NCBI RefSeq assembly: GCF_023055435.1
Contig: NW_025964090.1
Location: forward strand, 2,542,001 to 2,606,000
Origin: Haliotis rufescens
Lineage: Eukaryota
Direction: 5' to 3'
Length of the DNA: 64,000 nucleotides
The notes under the pieces are model-generated. The model was not told the DNA's origin, did no database searches, and saw only the letters and a list, made by a program, of their open reading frames with translations. Made by a program: the position numbers and the translations under genes. Positions 51,707 through 63,112 of this stretch are shown here, piece after piece (the stretch's first letter is position 1; the number at the start of each line of letters is the position of its first letter).

Positions 51707-53625
51707 GATGTTTCTCATGCTTTAGTCAGTCACCTATGTCTCTGAGCAGTTTATGCTTTTAGAGTGTTCATAGATGTTCTATCATCTTATCTAGTTTGCA
51801 TTATCATCATTGTCTTGATAATCCACATATCGTGGAAACATTTTGTAAAGGTGCTCACTAGGTATCAGTAGTAAGAGAAAGATGGTGTAATGTATTAATG
51901 CACCAATGAAATCATGAGAATGGACAAAATATGCATCGATTTGATGCTGAAATGGTGTGATTTTCAGGAGCTTGTTAAATACAGTTTGAATCAACTAAGA
52001 TAAATGACATCCGACAGACACTCTTGTAGTAATTTCTATAAGTCTATGAGTTCCTGGTTTGGAAAGTGTTGGCAAGGTATTTTTTAAAAGGATTTCAAAG
52101 CCATAATAACACTAACAAAAACTGAAAACAGTTTCTCCTAATTAAAGTGAGCAAGCTGTTTGGAAAAGGGTGATCGTGTAGTTTCGCTTGGTTTTCTTCA
52201 CAATTGTCTTACATGTAATATTACATTTAAAACATCGAAAAGAAGTTTCAATTATTGATTCAGATATAAATAAATACCTGGTAGTCTTTAAAAATAAAAT
52301 AAAATAAAAATGCAATGCTGTGTTGCCATGTAACATTGAGATAAACCTGTTTTGTTTTGCAGAACACATTCCGTACGCCTGTGTATGTGACCTCACAGAG
52401 GAGGAACGCCATGGGTGTCGAGCTGGTCTTCGAGGCCTACCTCGCCACATCTGAACACACCAGCCACTGGGTGCTGCAAGGAGCTTGTCTCATTCTCAAC
52501 ACAGATTAGATCACAACATGTTCGTCTTATAAGACTCCACCGCTTTAAGCTTTCCATAGAACCTAAATCCCAATCATTAGAACCAAATAACTGTCAGTTC
52601 AGGTGATTGTATAGAAGTATGTTTTTTCATTCAAACAGAATGTTTAATCAATTTCTTATTTTGAAATGATTCATGGTCGATCATTGTCCAAAATGGAGAA
52701 CTTATTCAATTAGAAGTTGTCTACAGGGTCATTTAAAAAGTTTATGCACATAAAATGTCCAAAGCCTGACAGGAGATTATTTTCACTGAAGTCATCAGTA
52801 TTAAATGTTACATTGTCTATAAATAATGATATAAGTATTCAGTGACTGTTGTTTATGATGCTAATTGGTGTCATAGTGCTCTTAAATGTCAATTTCATTT
52901 GACCTGTTGTTGTGTTCAATTTTGTACATAGCTTCAACAGTGAAGCAGTATTGTATATTTCTTGTTAGTGAACTGTTGTGATATTTGTATTGATAATGTA
53001 AGTTCTAACAATGTCATTTATTGATGTCACGACGGAGATATATGCATGAAACTCCATTCCGATTAAATCATAACAGTAATTCACAAAAATCAAATATTTC
53101 ATCCAGTATCTACAAAGTGTGCATATTTATTTGTGTACTTTTGTGTGTAGAGCTTTAGCTGTGATATGATATATTTATTTATATCCATTGAAAGTATTTC
53201 TATCAAAGCATTCATTTATCATGTTTATCCTGAACTTGCCATGCAATATGTTGAAACATTCCGTCCAAATATGGTACCAAGATTAATGGTAAACACTATT
53301 CTATGAAAGTTCTAAAAGCGTTTGTATTATTGGGTATGGTTTGGAGAGTTTTTTCCACCCATCAAATCAGTATTTACTGTCTTCAGATGATTTCAGTTGG
53401 TATTGTGATAATGAACTGTACTTACATTAAATGGTCAATTCCTTTAATTCAGAATTATAAGAACTCACATTGTGCCAAACATTTAAGTACATTTGTCATG
53501 AAGTACACCGTGTGGGATTTTTTTTATATATTGAAAGGTTTTTTTTTGTTTTTATTTATTGATCTCACACAAAACTATGTTTTATTTTGTGTGAAAAAGA
53601 AGAAAACCTAAAAAAGAATGAATGA

Positions 53626-53640
53626 AAATAAAATAATAAA
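53626..53640 (+). terminator. Candidate polyadenylation signals of the dynein 3'UTR
   Basis: Tandem AATAAA followed by a GT-rich stretch about 1.1 kb after the stop codon. Confidence 0.35.
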
Positions 53641-53814
53641 ATATTATCTGTTTAGTGTTGTGATAATCATTGGGACATGGGTGGCCCCGCCTACATTCAC
53701 TGTGGCTTGTGTGACCCCAGATTTCTCTGCATTATAAGCCTTGGCAATATCCGGTCTGTGTTCACTGGCTTCACCAAAGTGGTCAATGTCTAAGATCTGT
53801 GCCTTTTGAGGACT

Positions 53815-54160
53815 GACCGCCTCCGTGCATCTGCCCGAAGAGCTGAAGGTTAGGGGTTCGATCCCGTCCTTGTCATTCCAAAAGACGCTAAAAATTACTC
53901 TGCCTGGTGCTCGGTATTAAGGGACTAATAAGGACTGGTCGGCTCGGAGTCAGTATACTGTGTTAGTGGGGTATTCACTCGGGCATGCTATCTCCGTGGG
54001 CTATCTCCGTGGGCTAGCACCATAAAATTAGCCGGGACTAGTACAAGCAGCCACACACAGACACACATACATGGATGTCGCTAAATAAGTGCAATAATCT
54101 TGAATGCGACGTTCAACCCCATTTCACCTCACCTCACCTCACCTCACCCCACCTCACTTC
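53815..54160 (+). mobile_element. SINE family B
   Basis: Homologous to 16877-17245 with a (cacct)n tail. Confidence 0.8.
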
Positions 54161-54347
54161 AAATCAAGACAAGGGTAAATATTAAACTGAATAGAATGAA
54201 AATATATGTATCCATTCTCTGTCAACAACGGTTCATTTCAAGTCGTCAATAACGGTAATCCGGTCGTTGTTGTAATTAACTGTGAGTAACGTGATCTGCC
54301 GTTCAGTTCACACACGATAAAAAGATTACATACATCCAGCTATACAA

Positions 54348-54512
54348 GGGGCAGTGGGGTAGCCTGGTGGTTAAAGCGTTCAGTCATCACACAGAACACC
54401 CAGGTTCGATTCTCCACATGGGTACAATGTGTGAAGCCAATTTCTGGTGTCCCCCTGCATGATTTTGCTTGAATATTGCCAAAAAAGGCGTAAAACCATA
54501 CTCACTCACTCA
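54348..54512 (+). mobile_element. SINE family A
   Basis: Same consensus as 46563. Confidence 0.85.
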
Positions 54513-54629
54513 CCTACAAAAAAACACTTTTTATAACCAGATAGTTAGACGAACATTTAGTCTCTGAAATCTTATATTACTTAATATTCTTCTTGACTCT
54601 AAGATAAATAAAAAATTCCCTATGCTGAT

Positions 54630-54825
54630 TGGAATAGAGCTAGCAAGGGCTGGCTAGACTTGCTTTTGTATGCATTTCTAGATTGATTTTTTTCAATAAA
54701 ATAGATATATTCCACGGTCATGGTGCAGAATAGAGCTAGCAAGGGCTGGCTAGACTTGCTTTTGTTTGTGAGTCTAGATTTATTTTTTTTCAATAAAATA
54801 AATATATTCCACGGTCATGGTGCAG
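54630..54825. repeat. ~97-bp direct tandem duplication
   Basis: gaatagagctagcaagggctggctagacttgctttt...ccacggtcatggtgcag occurs twice. Confidence 0.85.
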
Positions 54826-55097
54826 GACTAACAGCTAGTGTATCAAGGCTTGTGCGCCAGTGAGTCCCAACAATGTGTACCGGTGCTTGTATTGTCAATC
54901 ACTGATGTGTGTGTTTGTTGTCTAACCCTGCACAAAGCAATATTCCAGCTATTTGAAGGCGAATCAAATATGGACCAGGCAATCCAGTGATGGATACTGT
55001 GAACAACGATCTAGCCGTTGGGGTATGTTGACACACCGTCAAACCAAGTCACAGAACCTGACCACCCGATCAATTAAGTCGCCTATTGTTTTTGTAT

Positions 55098-55333
55098 GTT
55101 TGTTTGTTGTTTAACGCCACACTCAGCAATATTCCAGCTATATGATGGCGGTCTGTAAATAATCTGGACCAGACAATCCAGTGATTGACATCATGAGCAT
55201 CGATCCACTCATTTGGGATACGATGACATGCATCAACCAAGTCAGCGAGTCTGACCACCCAATCCCGTTAGTCGCCTCTTTACGGCCAGCATGGGTTGCT
55301 GAAGATCTATTTTACCAAGCATTTTCAAGGGGT
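55098..55333 (-). mobile_element. Short retroposon family C
   Basis: Reverse complement, nested in an older copy. Confidence 0.75.
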
Positions 55334-56253
55334 GTGTCGCCTCTGATGACCAACAAAGGCTGCTAGGGACCAGTTCTAACTTAAATCCCCATGGGGGTCA
55401 ATCATAGCTTGACAAATAAGATGATCATATTTACAGCTGCTGGTATAATACGGACTGCTGCGTAAAACAACATTCACTCACATATATAATTGAACCCATG
55501 ATTCCAGTTTTACACATTTAATACAAATATCAGACTTCATCTGTGCATCAACTTACATACAGTACTGCATCATGCATGGAGAAGTATGAGACAGCTTGAT
55601 ATCTCTTAACCCTTGGACTGTGTGACAATGGTCGTACTGGAAGCTGGACATTTTTATCAGTTTCAGTGGATAATCTAGACTGGGTATTCTCTTGGACTGA
55701 TCATTTATATTTACAATAATATTAACTAATAATAATTTGAGGGATTTTTCACCGAGATATAGATTGAAAATTCACGTTAATTAGGAAAGTATGGCATATT
55801 AAGTATGGCGGCATTAGTGCAACATGCACAGGTCATGTTAAAAACCATAAGACTGGTCATACAAAAGATAACACAAATATAAATCTTACTTAATGAACTG
55901 TTCTACATCACTAAATGACACTCTTCAAATTATTTCAGCAGACTAAGAGTTAATATGTTCAAGAGAAATACCACATTGTTCGACCTGGTACATCTCAACG
56001 ACAGATGTTATATTACTTTGATTTCCCTAACTGAAGTGATGCGATTTTATAGCTTTTCACTGGCATGTATTGTACTCTTACAGAGCTGCCATAGACATAG
56101 ATGCTGCTGATGTGACAAACAAATTTAACATGAGTATGAAAGTGACAAGCCTTCACCACTGATACTATGGTTCATCGTAAGTTGATTAAAATGAAGATTT
56201 TGCAGTCAATATTTTGCCCAATCCAGCTGTTTATTTCCACTAGTGCGTGATCC

Positions 56254-59200
56254 CTACAAGGCTGCAAATGTGGTCCCGCCATACCCGACCTCAAGTCGTT
56301 CCATTTTGGTAAATTTGATGTAGTTTCTGTAAATAACCAAAACCAGAAATCAGAATTCTACTCATCTGTGGATCTGTGTGGCAACTGACCACCCTAATAC
56401 TGACCTTGGTCACTTGTGAAGATGACCAGGAAACCAGTACCAAATCCATTCTTATGTGACCTTTGACCAACTTACTATTGACCCTTTGGGTGGTAAGTGT
56501 TTTACATAACAAATTTTTTTCAGCCTGGACACGCTTTTTACATCTTCCCGGGGCAAGAGAGTTAACTGACTATAAAAGTCCAGTTTCCACCCTTGCCAAA
56601 CTAGGCTAGTATTATGGAGTTACGTTTTGGCTGGACTAACGAGTCTATGCATAGTCCAATCAAAATCGCGCACCGAAATTGAAATCCGGTTCGTAAACTG
56701 TCGTCGGTCAATTGCAGGATTTGCAAAGCGTGTGCACCGCCAACTCGTTGTTAGCAGATATTTGCAAAAAGAAATTATGTTTTTAATCAAGGTGCTCACG
56801 TGATTTCATGCATTTCGCGATGTAAGATCCGTTTTATCACAATACAGATCTTGATTATCGATCAGATCGTCTTGACTAGGCGCCGCAATTTGCTTTGTAG
56901 CAAATGCAAGTGATACGAGAGGTGAAATCTGATTGGCTCAAAGAAGAGGCTTAGAAGGGACATAACTCGTAATATCCACTGGTGGCACTTTGATCTAGCG
57001 CAGTAATTCCACCCTAGTTTGGCAATGGTGGAAACTGGACTTTTAAAGTCAGTTAACTTCCTTGCCTCGGGAAGATGGCCTTTTTATAGATATAAACCTT
57101 ACCTACAACCAGTACAAACCTATAAAATCACCAACAGGATAACAGATCAAACATCTTCGATTATACAGGGTACTTTATCCTCTTTCTATTAGGATAAACA
57201 CCCTGTACTCATTTGTCAACAAGGTTTCATATTTATATCCTGTCACAATAAATCATGATAAATTTTTCAGCATGTCAAGTATTGCAAGGTATCGTATTGC
57301 AACCTTACAAGACTATCAAGATGTCTATTATTTAGCCAATAAGTGTATCGTTACATACTCAAGCCTTAAGCAGTGGCCATGTGTTGTCTTGATTTACCAC
57401 AAGCATAAAGTACGCAATCTATTCTCCCCCAGAACTCCACCAACATGACCAATACTTCAGCAATTCAATGCTATTTCTAACCTTTTAGGGTCAATGCCAA
57501 GCTTTTGTTGCAGGAATTCTGAAATTTCTTTGGACATCTGAATGTTTTCCTCTTTCCCCATGTGTCCGATACTCTGCAGCTCGGAGTTGGCACATGCATC
57601 AGTCGTACCCCCGTGGCTCATCATCTGATCTGGATGAATCCTCACCATCACATACTGAAATATAGCAAACTACTTAGTCGGGGTGCATGAATTGAGTAAA
57701 TGATTTATTGAGTTGTGTGAACAATTGAGTCAGCTGAGCAAATGGTTGTGGAGGTTGGGTGAATGATTGAGTAAGCTGAGTGAATGAGTATTGAGTGATG
57801 GATTGAGGTGATTAAAACATTGAGTAGATTGAGCAAATAATTGAATAGATTTGGTGAATGATTGAGTAAGCTGAGTGAATGGTTGTGTTAATGATTGAGT
57901 AAGTTAAGTGAATGATTGAGTAGGTTGAGCAAATAATTGAATAGATTTGGTGAATGATTGAGTAAGCTGAGTGAATGGTTGTGGAGATTGGATCAATGAT
58001 TGAGTAAGCAGAGTGAATGAGTATTGAGTGATGGATTGAGGTGATTAAAACATTGAGTAGATTGAGCAAATAATTGAATAGATTTGGTGAATGATTGAGT
58101 AAGTTAAGTGTATGATTGAGTAGGTTGAGTGAATAATTGAGTAGATTTGGTGAATGATTGAATAAGCTGAGTGAATGATTGAGTAGGCTGAGCGAATAAT
58201 TAAGTCAAGTGATTGAGTGAGCTGGGTTAATCACTGCTTTTAACAGTATTCCAGTTGCATCACTGCGTGTCAGCTTAATGTGGGACTAAAGCCTGAAGTG
58301 ATGCAGGTTTTAGACATTAATACCTTGGGACAAACCTAGAAACATAGTCGGGACGAGCCAGGATTCAAACCCACAATCATAGGTTCCTGGTTCTGCCCAA
58401 TGGACGCAACTCTGCACAGCGTATTGTGGTGCCATAGTCGACTTTCCGCCTATGCCCCGATTAAGTCAAGTGTATGATTAAGTGTAGCAATCAAATCACC
58501 TCATTTGAAGGTTTGAATTTACTGTTGACACCTGGCTCCCTTACCTTATTATGAGGTGAAGGAATTTTTAATGACTAGTGGTAATCTTTCACAACTGATA
58601 GAATTTTTTGCCGGGTCCTGGAACGCGTATTTGCATAACATTTGCAAACAATATAACCATTTCCCAAATGTGTACAAATATGCATGAAAAACCGAATAGG
58701 GGACTAACATTGTGCATTTTAGCCAATGTAGTCTTTTTATTTTCAGTTTGTATTCCTGTATTTCTTTACGGTTCTTTTCTGCTGATTGAATAAACTTATC
58801 ATGTATACACAAACAGATGCAAATTCACCTGAAACTGCATCCGAAGCAGAATTATTATTTAAAAAGGCCTACCTTAACTTGTTGGTTCATAAATACCCAA
58901 CTAAAGTAGCAGTAACAATATGCTGAACACCCAAAGAGAACTGTCAATACCCGATGTGAATGAAAATGGGAGGAAATACCCAGTGGTTCCAAACATTATC
59001 TGGATCACTGGTACACTATTGGAAGCTTTATGGTCGTACCATATTTTCTCCATTAAACGCCTGAACATATATTTCTTTCAGACTCTCTTTACCCCCATCG
59101 TTTAATCGAGAAACAATGATCGACTAACCATTTGCTCAAACACATCTTCGTAGTTCTCTAAATTGCTTCTGTTTAGCGGGGATTAGTGTTGAACGCATGT

Positions 59201-59628
59201 AGTAGTCAAAATACAATACGGAGAGAATTCTGTCCATAAAAGCTCCTTTTGTTTAATAGAGGCCCGGGGTTTGTTGATTTCATGTACCCTCTTCCCAGGC
59301 GTTTAATCAAGGAAATACGGTAGCCTGCATCCATCCAGGCTATTTAACAAATTGTTATCAGAGGTCACTACTAATTAAGTTTTCCTCCTTAGATTTGATA
59401 ATACATCGTAATATTCTGAAAAACTATTCAACATACTAATATAAAGAGCATTGACTAATCACAACATATATTTTGGTTTGGAAAATAATGTTCTTCTTGT
59501 GCGTGATAGCTTGAACTTACAGTTTCCGGTTTCCGTATAGCTTTGGCGATGACGTTTGAGGTTTCCAACAGAAAACCCTTTGGGATGGCACTTGCTGGCA
59601 GATTCGTGAACAGAAGAAAACACGGCAT
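56254..59628 (-). CDS. MIF: MIF-like copy 6 (subtype B, inverted), 117 aa; complement(join(56254..56326,57482..57654,59521..59628))
   Basis: MPCFLLFTNLPASAIPKGFLLETSNVIAKAIRKPET/YVMVRIHPDQMMSHGGTTDACANSELQSIGHMGKEENIQMSKEISEFLQQKLGIDPKR/NYIKFTKMERLEVGYGGTTFAAL*. Canonical splice sites. Confidence 0.9.
56541..57077. mobile_element. MITE with ~65-bp TIRs in intron 2 of copy 6
   Basis: catcttcccggggcaag...ttgccaaactagg / cctagtttggcaa...cttgcctcgggaagatg; near-identical 9-bp flanks ending cttttta. Confidence 0.82.
57690..58210 (-). repeat. Same intron-1 minisatellite, copy 6
   Basis: gagtgaatgattgagtaag units on +. Confidence 0.88.
58213..58459 (-). mobile_element. SINE family D
   Basis: TSD attaagtcaagtg. 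Confidence 0.8.
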
Positions 59629-59972
59629 GGCTACACTGACTCCGAGACACAAGCTTTTCTGCTGACACACACCGCTGTCCTCGCTTGATAAATCGAGAGC
59701 CTCGTCGTCGAGCTTCTGAAGCGCGTGGTTCAGAAACGGGTTCACGCTACCTCGCACTGCACTGCACGACAATATGCGCACCCACAATATTAAAATGTAA
59801 CAGGTCGACACATCAGACGATTTGCATGAAGTACCTGTCGTTATGTGTTCTTCGAACAAAATTGTATTGTCTAGCACACCTGGTATAGTCAAAAATAAGA
59901 GAAAGATTGTAATGATTAATTAATAAAAGTTGTTGATAACACTGTACCAGAGATGGTATACAGTATATGGCT

Positions 59973-60140
59973 AGTGAGTGACAGAGTATGGTTTTACGCC
60001 GCTTTTAGCAATATTCCAGCAATATCACGGCAGGGGGACACCAGAAATGGGCTTCACACATTGTACCAATGTCAGGAATCAAACCCCGGGTCTTCGGCGT
60101 GACGAGCTAACGCCTTAACCACTAGGCTACCCAACGCCCC
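59973..60140 (-). mobile_element. SINE family A
   Basis: Reverse complement of the consensus. Confidence 0.85.
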
Positions 60141-60590
60141 TCTTACAGACCCTGACACAAATATATAAAAAACAGCACATGCAAGTGTATAATGTTTAGC
60201 AAGTCTAGATTACTGCAGTATCTGAAAGTAAAGACATTCTGTGGATTGGTCCGTTCCGGCGTCTGGTCTGCACCTCGGATTTTCCAAAACGGACTGTCCC
60301 TCTCCCTGGGGTGAGCATGCTGATTTCTCCATCCTAAATAGACAACGCAACACTCATTTTTGTTCAATTTTTTTTAATCCCCCGCTCACATGAACCAACA
60401 CAACAAAACAAAAGTCACAGGATTAGGGGCGTCCCTGTGATTTTTGTGAACCAAGGGTGGCCACTAGGGTGTGAACCTCTGTCCATTCCTAAAAACGTGG
60501 TGAACAGGAAACTTTGTTACTTGGAGTGAACAAGACACTCGACTCTTCTCTTCCATGCTTCTTCGGACATCAGACGTCTGTATTTTTAAT

Positions 60591-61127
60591 TCACTTCTCC
60601 ATCAGGACAATCAGATGTTCTTTCCAGGGTTTGTCTGTGGCTTCCCATTGGCAGAGTGTCACAACGCAGCAATAACAGATAACACGGTCACCTCGTCCTT
60701 GATAAAAATAACCAGCCATGGCCATAGCATAAGGGGTCTGGGTAATCTGTTTAGGCCACGTTTGAAAAGACCTCAGACATTCTTGAAATGAATCATAGTT
60801 AGGATGAGAAGGATGGCACAAGGTGTTAGAAGAAGAAGGTCCCTCCAGAATGTCACTGAGTCGCCATGTGTCATCCATAAGGAGTGTGTCGTCCATAAAG
60901 AGTGTGTGTAATCTCGCTTCTTCTCTCGCCTTTTCAGACACCCACTCGGTTTCGGGGACATCTCGGGATGGTGGTATGGCATTCATAGACTGTCTTTGCC
61001 CCATATACCGCGGCGGCGGCGGAGGCGACGGTGATGTCTCTGGTCTCATAGGTGATGGTGTTGGTGATAAGCCATGGATGTGTTTTTTCTGACAAAGTAA
61101 GACATCTCTTCTAGAAAATGTGCACAC
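60591..61127 (-). CDS. Intronless BIR-domain (IAP-like) ORF, likely degenerate
   Basis: HPNYDSFQECLRSFQTWP...AMAGYFYQGRGDRVICYCC..LCQWEATDKPWKEH fits a BIR domain. The final Zn-ligand Cys is missing and the conserved first Arg is replaced by Cys. Confidence 0.75.
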   Translation of the reverse strand: MCTFSRRDVLLCQKKHIHGLSPTPSPMRPETSPSPPPPPRYMGQRQSMNAIPPSRDVPETEWVSEKAREEARLHTLFMDDTLLMDDTWRLSDILEGPSSSNTLCHPSHPNYDSFQECLRSFQTWPKQITQTPYAMAMAGYFYQGRGDRVICYCCVVTLCQWEATDKPWKEHLIVLMEK

Positions 61128-62159
61128 ACATAACAGACAGGGGAGGGGGAGGTCATGACCTCTTCATCATTATCATCATCACCTCGTGACGTCATATGTG
61201 GACTCCATGACGTCTTGCATGTCACTGATGATGTGATAAGACTCTGTCCTGTGTACTGGGATGACTGACACCAGGCAGCTGATCTTTCAAGCATGGCCTT
61301 TCTCTTTTATCTATTTTTTATTCTTTACTTTTTTTCTTTACTTTTACAACGAGCATGTGCACAGACTTGACAGACAAACAGACAGACAAAGTAGACGACA
61401 TCTCAACTAAGCATCTGCCCTCGGTTTGGCACCCTATTGGAGTTGAGATCAATCAAGACACAAAGAGTCAGTTCAATCAATCACTGTTTAATAATGAACA
61501 ACAAGAACAACCAGATACATAGGAAATACGAAAAGACAACTGAGGAGGGAGTGCTTTGCATGTCCCTACAACAACGAGAAAACCTTTTCTCTTTCATCTT
61601 CAGGCTCTTCGAGTGAAGATGGGGTCACCATAAGATGTGGTCCTTCATCATATTGACCCAAATAGGTTCCAAACATGTTTGGGACGCCTAATCAGTAAAA
61701 CAGGTACAGTCTATGGCCTCCCTGAAACAGAGATGACAAATCACTTGACCACTGTTACAGCTTATGTATATTGTTGTGGCGACAGGCACTACATTCACGC
61801 TGTATGGAAGTGAGTTGAGCTTCTCCATAAGCATCGTCGTCAACGTTGTCGTCGCAAACCATGTGCATACCTGAGGAGATGATATCCTCCGGTGATGCTG
61901 TTGACCAAGAAGCATCAAGCAGGGTTGGTGTGTCCAGACCCATGGAAGGGAGGGCTGTCAGCTTGAGCGCTTCATGATCATCATCGTCACTGGTCGTCAT
62001 CATCACAGACGAATAGGTTGGCTCCCGTGGGGTTTGTTCCCACCACTGTACCAATAGGGTCTATGCTGAACTGACATCGGGGGAAAGAAGGATGGGTGTC
62101 CTGTCAATCCAACAAGAAAAGAACCCTTCAGTATACCCACGATCATCGTCATGCATTCG

Positions 62160-62470
62160 TGATACTCATCATCATCATCATCATCATTATCATCATCATC
62201 ATTACAACATACACATCCCAAAGAATAGCATGGTACTTAATGTTGTTCTTGATGAGAGATCTTCAGAGACAATTTCTTCTGTGGTCGCCTTTTTGCAGGT
62301 GTTGCAGATGTTGCAAGTTTCAAGAAGGATGTCCCTTTTGTTTCGGTGTCTGTTGTTGCTGTTGTTGTGGTTGTTGCTGTTGTTGTGGTTGGTGCTGTTG
62401 TTGTGGTTGGTGCTGTTGTTGTGGTTTTAGTTGCTGCTGCTGTTGTTGTTGATGCTGCTGCTGCTGGTGT
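62160..62470. repeat. (CAT)n and (TGT/TGC/GGT)n trinucleotide tracts (poly-Q/P on minus)
   Basis: Direct inspection. Confidence 0.85.
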
Positions 62471-63112
62471 TTTTTCATCATCACACGTCGTAGGCCTTTA
62501 TCTTTGCACATATCACGTCGTACACTTCACCCCACAGTTCAGCGGTCATTTCACCATTCCCTTCACCGTTCCCTTCCACCCACGTCGCTCCGTGTCTTTG
62601 CATTCATAAGTTTGGACATGATGTTGTCCGGATTTTCTGTCCGTTGGTTCTGTCCAAGTCTTCACGGATGTGAGTCAACACTTGATGGTACTCTCTCCAA
62701 ACACACGTTTCTCCCAGATAAAACGCCAACAGCCAACACAACGTGAGGAACATCAATCAGAGGGACGATTTTGTTGCTTGGACAGATCAGTGAAAAGTGA
62801 TGACCAGAGAGCGTCTGTTAGTTTAAGGTACTGAAACCCTGCTTCCTGACTGGCTCATTCCGGTGCCTGGTCTGCACCCCAGTTTTCCAAACTGGACCGA
62901 CCCGTGTGTTTCTTTTCAATAGGAAATGGATTTTACCATGAGAGAGAAAGCACAACCTCATTTCGACCAATCATAGGCCAGCACAGGCTGAGCGCGGCCT
63001 CTGATTGATCCAAAAACCCAAGTTTCTGATTCATTTAGATTTCGATCCGTTTTTTTTGCTGTAGGTGTGCATGTCGATTCATTTTCGATCCGTTGTGACA
63101 CCCAAAAATGAT

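Larger units (their letters stand above)
50410..52509 (+). pseudogene. DNAH10: Axonemal dynein heavy chain 10-like, last three coding exons; join(50410..50590,51184..51293,52363..52509); probably an orphan degenerate duplicate
   Basis: VNEGEPSVMWLSGLHIPESYLTALVQATCRKNSWPLDKSTLYT...G/CFMYGLCLIRQKPKQLIQELPVLKIIPIEAHRLKLQ/NTFRTPVYVTSQRRNAMGVELVFEAYLATSEHTSHWVLQGACLILNTD* is the recognisable DNAH10 C-terminus. Splice phases are consistent. It lacks the conserved YLEGAxW segment after GL, and no upstream dynein exons were seen. Identity is confident; pseudogene status is less so. Confidence 0.75.

Noticed and set aside
62092-62609. Poly-Q/poly-C/poly-V ORFs as host genes
   Set aside because: Trinucleotide tracts inside a decayed Polinton segment with no recognisable domain.
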